64,000 nt of DNA from Lama guanicoe (lineage: Eukaryota). Under the pieces are notes generated by a model. The model saw nothing but the letters and a program-made list of their open reading frames with translations. It made no database searches and was not told the origin of the DNA. Shown here in pieces: positions 34,401-47,126 of this stretch; within the stretch, counting starts at the first letter, position 1; every line of letters starts with the position of its first letter. Position numbers and translations under genes: made by a program. The DNA is taken from positions 3,176,524 through 3,240,523 of the forward strand of contig MU053873.1 in NCBI GenBank assembly GCA_013239625.1, written 5' to 3'.

Positions 34401-36719
34401 GGCCTGGATGGGCAAGACCAGAGACTCCCAGCCCACGGCCTCCGCTGGGCAGGCTCTGAGCTGCTGCTGACCAGTTGTCTTAACACTGAGCTTTAAGAAT
34501 TTCAGCTTATTACACTTTCAGGAGCGGGAAGAAATACAGGGCCATCTCGGGCTGATTTTCCATTACAGTGACGTGAAGTAAGAGTAACTCGCCACACGTT
34601 ATGTCCAAATTGAGGCTATCTGACCGTCGTTTTTATGAAGCAGAGTGGCAAGCTGTGTCAAGGCTGAGATCAGATCCCTCAGCAGCGTGAAGCTGCTGCC
34701 ACGGCTTGCAAAGTGTCTTTTGGGAGGCTCCAGGTGGAGCAGTCAGAGGGTTGAGGGGAACGGGGACAGCTGCTGACAAGCAATGCCCCAGGAAGGGTTC
34801 TTGGGGTCCAAGCTCCAGCCCGGGCAGCTGGGGTGGCCGAGAGGATCCCAGGGGGACCCCCTCTCAGCTCCATATCATCATCTGTCCATGTTGACCATGA
34901 CCTCCACAGGGTGGGGAGGGCTAGGGGAGGGAAAGGTCCCCTTGAATTCCAGCCCTCTCCTGACTGGGTGTGGGGCAGGACCCCCAACAGGCTCTCAATG
35001 AGACAACTGAGTTGATGCTTCTGCAAGTTCATACTTTCTTTCTCTTCCAAATCTTGTTTCTTACAAAATCAACAGAATAAGGCCCAAAGTATGTGGGTAC
35101 AAAGCACCGAAACACCTCTATTAGTCAAGAACTCATCTCCCCTTAGCACATGCCAGCCATTCTGTCACTCACTAGTTAACTCAGCATCTTCCCCAGAATC
35201 CGCATAAAGGCAGGCGTCCCTTCCTCCTCAGCCCCGGGAGCTCGGAGCCTCCTGGAAGTGGACGTGCACCCTTTCCCAGGCCTCCCCAAACTGCGGCTAT
35301 AGGTGGGGACATGCTTTCCACCCCGGTGCATGAGTTCAGGGTGCCTGAGCTCCAGCCTGGGGATATCCGGTAGGTCCTGACTGACTCTCGGACAAATGTG
35401 GGAGGACACCAGAGCTCTCTGCAGCCTGGTGTCCTTGGGGGCCAGATGAGACGGGCAGCATCTAGGATCAAAGTGCTGCATCCGCCCGGGGGCTGCCAGG
35501 AACACACGTCTGCCCTGAGCTCTTGCTCTGTGCCAGGCACGGCTCTGCATGAACTTGACGGCAGCATGTGAGCCAGGGACTGAGGAAACTGAGGGAGAGA
35601 GAAGTGAAGAGACACTGGTGACAGTGTTTGTTGATGCTATTCTGCCAGGAGGTGGATCAAAGTAGCTCCAGGCAAAACCCTGTGACAGAATTACAACCAC
35701 TTCTTACTTAACTACTCTGTGTGGCTCCCTCCTTCCAGGGGAATAAACACTCCCCCTTCCCGATTGCTCAGTGGGGAGGAGGGGGCGAGATTCTTCGACA
35801 CTGACTGCATCAGGCACCGCGTGGTACTTCATGTTTATAAGGACTGCAGCACACAACAGTGCGGCAAGGGAGGCATCCTCCTGGGCAGGGGAGTCACTTG
35901 CCTAAGGTCGGATTCAAGTCGACAAGACTCTAAATGCAGGCTATTTCTGGGCCACCAACAGCCCTCTCTGCACACAAGTCTTCCTCTTTGCCGCGTTCAT
36001 CGCAGGCAATCTCTCCCCACCGCCCAACCCCTCTCACTCAGCGTGCGGGCATTGAGATTCCCAGCACATAGACATCAGCTACAAACTGATGAACAGCGTT
36101 ACTTTCCGATGCAAAGCCATCTGCCTGCCTTAAATACCTGGGTAAAGTGTTTGCTTTGGACCTATTACACTACTAGATGAGTTGGCGAGACATATGGAAT
36201 GAGGCAGGGAGAGGGAAAATTCTGATCTTTCAGAAGAGTGGTTAGAACCTGGATTTCTGGGTCTGCTCGAACGACACAGAGGATTTAAAAATACCGCATC
36301 ACAAATGCCACAGGGAAGTGTTCGGAGAAACGGTGGCTTCGGTGGGCTAATCTCGACACATTCCAGGCCCTGACATCCCACCAGCATACTGGGAAGAATT
36401 CACCTTCAGCAGTAAGGCTTTCCCTAAAGGGAATCGCCAACATCTCAAGCTACAGACAGTCCTGATAGCCAAGAAATCTGTTAAATGCAAATATTTAGGA
36501 AATACCAAGTCAGGTTCGCCAGTGGTCTGTCCAACTCAGAAGTCTGATGACAGCAGCCCCAAGGGAAATTTCCTAAGACCGTATGGTGGTTACTCTGTGT
36601 CCTTCCTCTCAAACTATTTGGGCATATTCTAAACATTCCATAATTCTCCTTACCCTGTGCTAGAGGACCATCATTTGTTGATGAATTGAAATGTTTCCAT
36701 CATCTTCAGGGTAATAACA

Positions 36720-36960
36720 ATCATTATGAGCAGTGGAATAATAATAGTGCTCTCTCTGAATGCTCACCACGTACCTGTTCATTTGTGACATGTTATGACT
36801 CTAGGAAGCACGTATTTTCATCTTTGTTTTATGGATGAGGAAACTGAGGCTCAAGAGAGGTCAGTTAATTTGTCAAGGTCACATAGCTAGTAAATGGTGA
36901 ATGGAGCCAGGACCTGAACTGAGGGGTCTTTTAAATCCACAGCTTTCTCTTGTAAGCCCT
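36720..36960 (-). mobile_element. MIR SINE
   Basis: ttttatggatgaggaaactgaggctcaagagaggtcagttaatttgtcaaggtcacatagctagtaaatgg. Confidence 0.85.
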
Positions 36961-37979
36961 GTGGCATGTGCTTACCACCTGCTGAGTAAAGTAGGTCTCC
37001 TTTTACTTGTTTTAAGTCTATTTCTTGGAGGGTTTAAAAATCCTCTGTAATTTTGCGTTATAGGATCTAAGGACCATACAGGTCCTACATGATTGAACTG
37101 ACTGTGAGAATTTCCTTCCTGACCTCCCCTCTGGTGATGATGGATTTATAACACACATATGCTCTCCAGAGAGAGAAAGAAAAAAAAAAAACTGGGGAAA
37201 GCAGGGTAAAATACTTGGAAAAGGTTCTCCCTGCCCCCAACCTATTCACAACCCCCCTTTTAAAATAATATTCCAGCTCCCCATGCTCCCCTCAACAGCG
37301 CAGCATCTGAGTGCCTCCACATCCCGCTGGACAGAGGGCTCCTGGAGGGGCACTGGGTCTTGCTCACCTCTGGGACCCCCACGGCAGGGACTCCAGACAC
37401 ACACACTGAGGGAGTGAGGCTGAGAGGTCAGCCCAGCGCATCACTGCGCCATCCCTGGTCAGCGGGCTGCCTGCATCTTCAGCCCGAGCAGCCCACCACC
37501 CTGTGCTGCCCGCAGGAGCCCTGAACGCCCCCTGGGGAAGCCACCTGCTGCCTCCCATCCCACCCCCGGCTCCTCCCCAGCACAGGTCTGACCCAGGCAG
37601 CTGTCCAGACAGCTGGCTTTACAGGAAGGACAAGGGGTGGGCTGTGTGGGCTCCCCCACATCTGCAGGAGGAGATGACCTGCGGCACCAGGAGGGTGAAC
37701 AAACCCCAGGGCACCAAGCAGGTAGGTCCTTCTCTTCAAAGGAAGTCAGTCCAGGGTACACAAGGGAAGCCCAGTCAAGGCCTGGCTGGGGGATAGGCAG
37801 GGGAGAGGGCATTCTAATGACATTTCCTTTTAATGAAGGATTTTTGTTTGTTTTTTGTTTGTTTGTTTTGTTTTCTGAAAAAAAAAATACTCACATGCTT
37901 GAAAAGCACCAGGAAGTTTAAACCCTCCTCGCTTTACGAAAGAAAGCTCTGAAGCCCCTACTTGAGACACTGCATACGG

Positions 37980-38230
37980 GGAGGGGCCTGTTTCCTTCCA
38001 AGTATATATACCCCAAAGAAATGCACATACTGGTGCCTCTCCCAAATAAGATAACACAGGGAAAATGTTCACAGTGGCTCTATCCCTAATAACCGAAACC
38101 TAGATGCAACCTACAGGCCCATCAGTAGCAAAATGGCTTAACTGTGAGAGTCTCATAAACTAGCAACGAGAACAGACCATCCATGACATACAATAATATC
38201 AACAAGCCTCATGTGCATCAATGGAACAGA
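37980..38230 (+). mobile_element. Old L1 (L1M) 3' fragment
   Basis: tatataccccaaagaaatg...aatgttcacagtggctcta...aaacctagatgcaacc...ccatcagtag. Confidence 0.6.
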
Positions 38231-38786
38231 AAAGGCAAGAACAGAGGACGATGAGAAATTAGCTAAGGAACAACATGAGCAGATGAGGAATCAAGAAAAG
38301 GCTCTTAAGCTGGCATCTGGCTCATTGTCCTCTCCCCTAACTCTCTGGGTACCTTTAGAGAACAGGCCTTACCTAGGAAGGCCAGAGGGCCCCTCTCTTC
38401 CCCCAAATCCCTTAGGGCGTGAGACACTGGCTCTAGGATGACCAGCTCATCTCAGTTTGCCTGGGAACTTTCTGGTTTTAAAATCAGAAGTCCCGTGTCC
38501 CGGGAACACCTTCAGACCCACACAAATCCAAGAGGCTCTGAAATTAAAAACACGCAGCTTCAAATCCTAGTGCACCTAAGTGAAGGAACTTTCCACCGCA
38601 CAACTGGCCTGAACTTTCCCAAAATGCCAGCAATCATAAAATACAAAGACAGATGGAGGCTCTGTGGCATCCAGCAGCTGAATGCAGGCTGTCACGCACC
38701 CTAAGTTGGATCCTGAATGGCAGAGAAACTGCTATAAAGAACATTAGTAAACAATCGGCAAAACTTCAATAGTCAGCACCAACGAT

Positions 38787-39020
38787 CAGGGGTCAGCAAA
38801 CTTTTCCTTCCCGGGCAGCCAGGGAAATTTTTTTGGCTTTACAGGCCAAGGAGCAAAATTGAAAGAGATACGTGGGTACTTATCCAACTTCAAATGCAGC
38901 CATTTAAAGACATGAAAACCATTCTTAGCTCTCAGGCTGTAATAAACAAACAAACAAACAAAACAAAACAAAAAACCCCAGGCTGGATTTGGCCTGTGGG
39001 CCCTAGCTTGCTGACCCCTG
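38787..39020. mobile_element. MER58B/C-like DNA transposon with perfect 13-bp terminal inverted repeats, inside an old L1 3' remnant (~38580-39260)
   Basis: CAGGGGTCAGCAA (38787-38799) ... TTGCTGACCCCTG (39008-39020). Confidence 0.85.
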
Positions 39021-42000
39021 GATTAGAAAACAGTATTTTATCAATGTTAAAATTTCCAGCTCTGATTAGGGTAAAAAGGCATCGTGTCTATAACTTGTTT
39101 ACAAATAATTCAGAGGATGTAACTGAGAGAAAAAATGACAAAGCAACTGTGGCAAAATGTTAAAAATTGATAGATCTAGGTGAAGAATATAAAGGATTCC
39201 TGTGAACTATTCTTGTAACTTTTTGGTAAATTTGAAATTCTTTCAAAACACATTATGTAAATAAATCCCAGTTCTCTGCCCCCTAAACTCTGTGACTTTG
39301 GGCAAGACTCCCACATTCTGGTTTTCTCCTACGTAAAAAGGGCACAATACTGGCTGCCTCCTACAGAGACTCACCCCATCCTGTCAGGCCCTCCTGACTC
39401 GCTGAGCACCTGCTGTAGGCAGACACGCTTCTATACTCTGGCCCAAAGAGAAAAGGCCCCTGTTCTCATGGAATTCGCTCTAGGCAGGTGGGTTGGGGGG
39501 ATAAAATTAGGTCATGACATCTAAGAGTGTGGCCCCACGCCTGGCCCCGCAGAAACCATGGATGCCCGCCAGTGATACTATCGTTCAGACGGTAACTGTC
39601 ACCCTGGCAGATGGCTGGGCTGCTCTGGGGGCCAAGCCCCCCACAGCTAAATGGAACCAGGTCATTTTGGGGAGACATATAGATGGTGCTCCCCATTTGC
39701 AGGGACACCAGCCTTTTCCCTGCTGTATTCATCATAGCCTTGGAAGTGTCAATATTTGTGGGGCGAACAGGCCCCTGATAACCATGTTTTTAACCAATTA
39801 CCGTTTGGTCTTTATCTCCTCCGACAGGAGGTTATGTTAATATTGAATCAATTCACTCCAACGTAATCTTTTAAAAAAAAAGTCTCTTCAAATAAAACAT
39901 CCAGGCCACCTGTTCTGTGGTTCCTGGCTGGAGAGAAGTGTCCCCAAAGTGCTCACTCACACAAAGGCCCCACCAGGATCATCTTTTCAGAGCTCACCAG
40001 TTATTTTCAGTCTCACAGACACGTGGGTGATGTCTGGTGACAAACACCCTGATTAAGGGTGCTGGGGGTTACCAGTATTCCGTGTACTCTCACAGGGGAC
40101 CACTGGGAACTTGTTGTGTGGAAGACACACCATCCTGATGGGCTCACCTGAGAGACACGGAGGCTGAGCCAGAAGCCCCTGTGGAAGAGCCAACAGGAGG
40201 CCTCAGGACCAGAAGGGCCGTGAGAGCCCAGAGCTGGCAGCAAGCCAACAGGATGTACACAGGTGGTTTGGGGTTTGGCTATTAGACTCCAGGTATTGAA
40301 GTCAGACTCCGTGGGTTTGAATCCCACCTTGATCTCTTATGACCCTCTGATGACCATGGACAAGTCTCACAGTCTTTAAGGCACGGGGAGGTGAATGAGA
40401 AAAACAGGCAGGCAGAGAGGTGACTGAGACACAAGGAGATGTGCTGTCCTGGGGGGGAGCCTAGGAGGGTATGTGAGAGAAGACGGGTGGATGGGACCCT
40501 CCCCCAGCCTGGAGGTCAGAGGTGGCTGACCAGCAATGATGCCCAAACCCAAGTATAGAGGACAATAAGATGTTCATCAGGCAAAGAGCTTTCAGAGGGG
40601 AGAAGTGAGTGTCCAACAGAAGGCACGGCTTGAGCAAAGGTAGAGAGGTGAGCACAGGTGTAGGGGACTCCAAGACATTCTATGCTGCTGGTCAAGGTGA
40701 CAGGAGGGTAGGAGCTAGGCTGTGCAACCTTAAAGATCAAGTTGAGGAACGTGGACTATATTCTGGGGGCAATGGGGAGCCACAGATAAACACAGAGAGC
40801 CACAGTCACCATTTGTATTTTAAAAATCCTCTCTCCCAAGATCAGGCGGCAGAAAGATTGCTTAGACAAGACTGGAGGCCCACAACCCCAAGAGAATTCC
40901 AGATGAGAGATCCAGGGGGCATGGAATAAGAGGGGGGAACAAAGAGGGGTTGATCCAAGAGCTTTTTAGGGGACACAACGGGGTGGTGACAGCTTTGTTC
41001 TCAGCAGGAAGAGGGGATACCGCTGACGGCGTGAATTAAGTAAACAACGAAAGAGCTCAGCTCCTCTCCATTTAACAGAAAGCAAATAACATATTTCCTT
41101 TCAGGAGGAGACAAAGGTCAAAGGCATGAATCAAATTTAAAACAAAAAAACAAACAAACAAAAGGCAACCACTGCCCTGGAGCAGACAAGATCTCCCACC
41201 GTCTCCCCGAGCCAGGTGCCGGCATCTGCAGCTCACAGATGTTACTTATGCACAGCGATTATCTCAATTATATAGCTTGGTTGTTGGAACTGCTTCTGTC
41301 TCCAGATTAGTTTGTTTCCAGTGGAAACATTCCATGGGAATTAATTAGTAATTGCTCCTAAAGAACATGTGTCACTAGATGCACCCCCCCACCCTGCCTT
41401 GTCTACCTGCGCCACGAGGCCTCGTAAAGTCGTGTGCCTGGAATCCAAAGTCTTCCAGCAGCCGACTCCGGTGAGTGGGACGCAGGAGCCACTGGGGAGC
41501 TCAACATTTTAAAAACATCGTCCCACAATGTTCAATTTAGAGAGTTCTTCCGCCTCCACGGCCTAGGATTGTGTGCGCTGGCCCAGGAGCTGGGAACATC
41601 ATGCCCAGCCTTTAGGTAAGAAAAAGGAGCCTCTGCAAGGCAGGGTGACTTGCTCAGAATCACACGAGGAATTAAGCAGCAGAGGCAGGAGCTGACCCCA
41701 TGAGGTGGGTGCCTTCACCCTGTCTCCAGGAGTCCTCCATGGTTTATCATAGGGTCTTAAACTCAGGTGTTACCCGAGACAGAGCCAAGTCTCCTGGTGG
41801 AGGGCAACTGGGCAGAAAGAGCCAAACGCTTTTCTCAGGATTCTACAGATGGTGGGGCAACAGGCAGAGGGGATGTCTGTCCACATGGGAAGAACCTGGG
41901 GATACCGGAAGATGCTCTGTCCAAGGGACCTCTCCCACGCCTCTGGTTGAGCCTGGCATCACCACTTCAGCTGGGCTGGGAATCCTGTCTTTTCTTTTTT

Positions 42001-43329
42001 TACACAAGCACCTCTGACCATGCCCATCTGCTCTGTAGCTCTCTATGGCTCCCTATTACCTTTGGGATAAAACCCAAACTCCTCAGCCAGGCTCGCAAAC
42101 CACTCATGAGCTGACTCTGCCTCAATTACTGACATCATCCTCTCTGCTCATACCCCAGGAATGTCATACTCAGCAATACTACGCCAAACCGAACATGCCC
42201 ACCCCCACCGTCTCCACCTGCCTCTGCCCCCTCTTACTTCCTGTTACTTCTGCCTAGAATGCCCACGTGCATCTCACCCGCCATTCATTTCCACCTTTCA
42301 AGAGACAGCTGAGGCCACCAGCTCCTCTCCCACACCTAAACTAAGGGCATCCTCTTTAGCTAAATAAACCCCAACATTCTCCCAATAAAGATCTCATCAC
42401 CCTGCTGGCAATAGTCTGGTCTGAGGCCTGCCTGTTGCTGGACTGGGAGTCCCTCTAAGGACAGGCTCCTCCTCATCCCTGCGGCCTGGAATTGAATTCG
42501 TCCAGAGTGGAGACCATATCAAGATTTGCTGAACACACCCAGTTCACCATCAGGTGCATGCAAACACATTCCCTCACCTTTGCCCTTGCAGGGAAACCCT
42601 TTCTCTGGGTTGGCCGCACCGCAGTCAGTGAGCTATGAAGGCTGCTGAGGGCGCTCAAGTTTCCCGCAGCTGCGCCAGCCCTGCCTCACTGGCCCCCACA
42701 GGCACCCCGGACAGCAAGCAATGTGTTCGCTTCACTTTAGCAGAAGGGCTCAAGGAGGTCCCATCACATGTCCAAGGTCACAAAATTAGCAAGTCCTGGA
42801 TCCATTTCTCTTAACTCAATATTTAATTAATTTTAAAACTGGCTGAACTGGGCTCTGCCAGCTCATGTAACTTCACCATCAGTCTTCTCATCTCCAAAAT
42901 GGACATGCGCCACTGAACCTGAAAGGGTGTTTTGAGGGATAAAAGAGGCCCATGATTCCCAAATGGTGGTCCTAAGACCAACATAAGAACCCCGTGATGT
43001 GACTGTTAAAAAGTAGATCCTGGGTCTCAACAGAAAAAAAAAAAAAAGCAGGGAGGAATCCAGAAATCTGTGATTTTTAAATGGTGTCTAAATTATCTGA
43101 TGTGCAGCTAGGTTTGGGGACTCTGAGACTCTAAGGAAAAGCCTGATACACAGTAGATGCTTGAAAAATGTTAATATCATGAGTACAGAACTATTGGCAC
43201 TGAGAGCTTTAAGACCTACATTGCTGTGTGCCCTTGGGTAAACTTCTCAACCTCTCAAAGACTGTTTCCTTATCAGTAAAATGGTTCAAAAATAGAAAGG
43301 GCCACCTCCTAGATTCTGGATTATCTATT

Positions 43330-43930
43330 AAATAATGTACTTGTTGTTGCCACCCCGACCACCTACAAGTCCTGTCGGCGTCCAGCCAGCCCCCAGTCTG
43401 CCTCTCCTCACCATCTCCATAGCCACTTAACCCAGGAGACCACATCCTCCGGCCTGGAAGGTCCACTAGCCTCCTAACGGCATGCACTCACCCCTCCTCA
43501 CTCCATTCCCCGCACAGAAGTGTGAGCCTCTAAAATGTGAACTGGACTGTCCATGCTCCACTCAAAATCTCCCAAAGGCTTCTCACCACCCTTGGAACCA
43601 AATCCAAATCTTCGGGGCCCTGCGCGTTCTGGTACTGCCAGCCTCTCCTCCTCCCAGGGTGATGCAGCCGATCACCCAAGCTAAACAAGACCCCCTTGCA
43701 ATTCCCTATTTTCTTTATCACTTATAAATAACCCTGCTGATTTCCTTTATTGCCCGAATTAAGTTGTGGGATGTTTCTATTTATTTGTATCACTGTTTGC
43801 TTGCCTGCATTTCTGTCAGATGTGTATTTCATGAGAGAACACCACGCTTGTCATACTAACTATTACATGCTCAGAACCAGCACATCGCCTGACACTGGGT
43901 AGGTGCTGTATAAATCCTGAAAGAATGAGC
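43330..43930 (+). mobile_element. LINE L2 fragment
   Basis: tagcctcctaac...ctcaaaatctccca...ggaaccaaatccaaatc...gcctgacactgggtaggtgct...aatgagcgag. Confidence 0.6.
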
Positions 43931-45069
43931 GAGCAAATGAAATAGTTCAGCCCCACACCCGGCCCTGAAGACGCAGCCAGCAGCAAAGTCAGCTCGCTCC
44001 CCCTTCCCTCTCCTGTCTGCACTCCCTGCCTTGTCCCTGGAGCCTTCAGGTAAAGGACAAATACAGTACGTGGGAGAGGAGAGAGAGCCATGCCCAATGT
44101 CATCACCGCTTTATTTGATTAGCTCTGACTCCAGCATCCGGGACATGTGTGCTGGGAGCCAAACAACTGTACCCTGACCTCTGGTCCACGCCATCCCATC
44201 CTTGTAACGATTTCCATGACAACAGCAACAGAAAGCCAAGGCTGTGAATTCCCTTTGATAGGAGCCGGATGCAGAGACGGGGAAGAAGGACTTTCAGAAG
44301 AAAGAAGATCTTTGATTCAGCTCAAGTCGCCTTCATTAAATACCACTATTTTCTAAGAACACACATTTTAACCCTGCAGAGGGATATTTCTCATGAATAC
44401 TAAAAACAGAAGAAAAAGGAAGAGAAAAAGAAACAAAACCACTGTGGTTCCTTTTCAAGAACATTCACCTATGGGGAGGGGGAGGGTTTGGATGGCATCA
44501 GGAATATTTTGAAGGAAGACAGAGCACACGGCCCCCACCAAGGGGGCCACATGAACCCGAGGTGCCTGAGTGATGGCTGACTGCCTGACGCAAGAGCTCA
44601 GGGTCTTGCACCCATCTGGTCGGCCAGACAGGAAGGTGCAGGGTGAGGCAGAAGAGCCCCAGGTTCTGCACTTACAATCACCATCCTGGATCTGAATCCC
44701 AGTTCTGACACCTACCTGCTGTGTTACCTTGGGCACACTGCTTCCCATCTCTGGGCAGAGCCTTCCTATCTGTAAAACGGGCACAAAACCACTTGCCCTC
44801 CCCTAGGGGTATTTTGAGGATTGAGGGAGGGGGCACATTCAAGCACAGGTGATTCTAATTTTCTGACATGGCCACAAAGGGAAATGAGTGACCAACTGTC
44901 CTGGTTTCCCTGGGGTGGAGGGTTTGCCCAGGACATGCAACTTTTAGTGCTAAACCAGGACAGTCCAGAACGAGCAGGCATGGTCAGTCAGCCTAGCAGA
45001 GAGTGACTTAATGAAGGAAACTGCTAAGAATCTAGAACTGTCAAGAAAGAGAGGTCCTTGAGTGTCTCC

Positions 45070-45360
45070 TGGTTTAAGGGCACTGCACCTCTGGGGTGTT
45101 CCTTCTAAACCCCTGCAAACCTGATCTACCCATGAGAAAACCATCAGACAAGCCCAACTTGGGGTAGGTTTTACAGGATACCTGGCCAGCACTCCTCAAA
45201 ACTGTCAAGGTCACAGAAAACAAGGTGAGGCTCAGAAACTCCCAGACCAGAGGAAGCAGGGCAGGCCTGACAACTAAGCGCAGCGTGGGGCCCTGGGCTG
45301 GATCCCGGAACAGGAAATGGACATGAATGAAGGAAATGGTGAAATCCAAATGAAGTCTGG
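45070..45360 (+). mobile_element. L1MC4-like 3' UTR fragment
   Basis: catgagaaaaccatcagacaagccca...ctcctcaaaactgtcaaggtca...tggatcccggaacag...aaatggtgaaatccaaat. Confidence 0.7.
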
Positions 45361-46973
45361 AATTTAATTTTGTTTTGTTTTTAACATTCTTTTAGTTTAG
45401 CTAATAATCTCTAGCTGGAACTTTTCATTTCACAAGTGAGAAACTGATGCTACAGACAGGAAGTGATAGAAGCTCTGGCCCTGGTTCCAGAACTGGAGCT
45501 GGACTCTGCTGCCTCCCGCTGCATTTCCTGGTACCTGCTGCCCAACCTGAGCTTCTCTAGAGGGAAAGAGAAGAACACTATGTTTGGAGTCAGGGCACCT
45601 AGTTCGAGGCCAGCCCTCCCTTTAACTGGCTGTGTGACCTCAGGCAAATTGCTCACTTTCTCTGTTCTTTAGTTTCCTCATTTGTCATACCAGGAGAATG
45701 AGTCAATGGACGTCAACAGGAAGTATTTACGATGCACAATGCACTGGACGGGCATCATCAGAGATGATATACACAATCCTCACCAAGCATATAATTTTTT
45801 TCAGGAGTCAGTTCAAAAAGTGCAGATTACCCAGCTGAGTTTCTGGGGGTATGAGAAGCCCCTGGCCAGCCGGCATGGCTGAAGTCACATGACAGAGGCC
45901 AGAGAAGGAGGAAGAAGTGATGGTAATACTCTGAGCAGGTGAGGTAGCGAAGACAGTGGGAAACACCTTCTGTCTCCACATATCGGGATTCAGCATGAAT
46001 GGCTCATTCGTGGGAGACGCATGACTTCCAAGGTGACACTACATGTAGAGGCACAACACCCCCAGCAGCGGGCTGAGCCTCCCAGGTGTTTCCAGCTCCC
46101 TATGGGGACTGGTCACAAATCCTCAGTCCCTGCTATAGCATGTGGCTCTGGGACCTCTCTCCCTAAAGCTGCCACCACCCTGCAGGGTCTGACCCACTCA
46201 CACCTCTCACCACCTGCTGCTCTGGGCTGTGCCGTCTATACTTGGCACAGCCCGTGCCTGTCACGTCTCCTGAGGTCCACAGCTCTTCCTGGCCTCACCT
46301 GCCAGCCACCTCCAGGTTTCCCCCGAGGCAGCCAGGGATGGTGGGGCCTGCAGATCTGGGTTCAAATCCTGACTCTGTCACTGTCTAGCTGTGACTGTGG
46401 GTGGGTCACCTCCCCTCTCTGCCACCCAGTCACCTGGGGCTTGTGAAATGGAGATGATGTCCTCATCTCAGTCAGCTCTCCTGAGAAATCAACGCCACGA
46501 CCTGTATAAAGTACCGGGTACAGGTGCTTCCAGAAGGAAGCAGTTACTCACAGCATCGTCCCGTGATCAGTATCACTAGCATTCCAACAGGCAGGCAAAT
46601 GGCTACTGCTTGTTACTGTCACTGTTAGGAGTGACACGATCTGTTCTGTACCCAGCCCTGTGACCACCAGGCACTTGCGCATGTGGGCTGGGCTCAGCTT
46701 TCTGCCCCAGGGCCCTGATCTGCCCAAGGCCCCAGAACTCATTCTACCTCATGCCTAAAGAAGGGAAGATGAGGACTCAGTCACTATAAATCCCCCTTCC
46801 CATCGACCATCTCCATGTGACCCACCAGCCCCGTCACGCTCCCCAGCCCCCTGCAGGTCTGTGGAAGCGGAGGTCAGGGCTGTGGCCACGTCCACGTCTG
46901 GGTGGGGAAGCAGCCTCCCCTGCTGGCTGCCGCATCCCCCCTGCCCAGCTGTGAGGGGCCCTGTGGCACCCAC

Positions 46974-47126
46974 CTGGCTCTGCACTTTCTCCAGCTCCTC
47001 CTTGCTGATCGATGTCCTGCCATCCTCCATGGTCCCCAGAAGGAGCTGCACATCTGACAGCAGCGCATGAGTCCTTCTGAGGTCCCTCCGAAGACGCTTC
47101 TCCACGTCAAAGTCTCGATGGCCGAT
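46974..47126 (-). CDS. MYO18B: MYO18B coding exon (~ex34), 153 nt: IGHRDFDVEKRLRRDLRRTHALLSDVQLLLGTMEDGRTSISKEELEKVQSQ
   Basis: Acceptor ...cttcccttggtttccag; donor GTGGGT; 51 codons, phase 0/0. Confidence 0.95.

Noticed and set aside
38779..39028. 8-bp TSD for the MER58 element
   Set aside because: The flanks (ccaacgat / gattagaa) do not match; only the terminal inverted repeats are supported.
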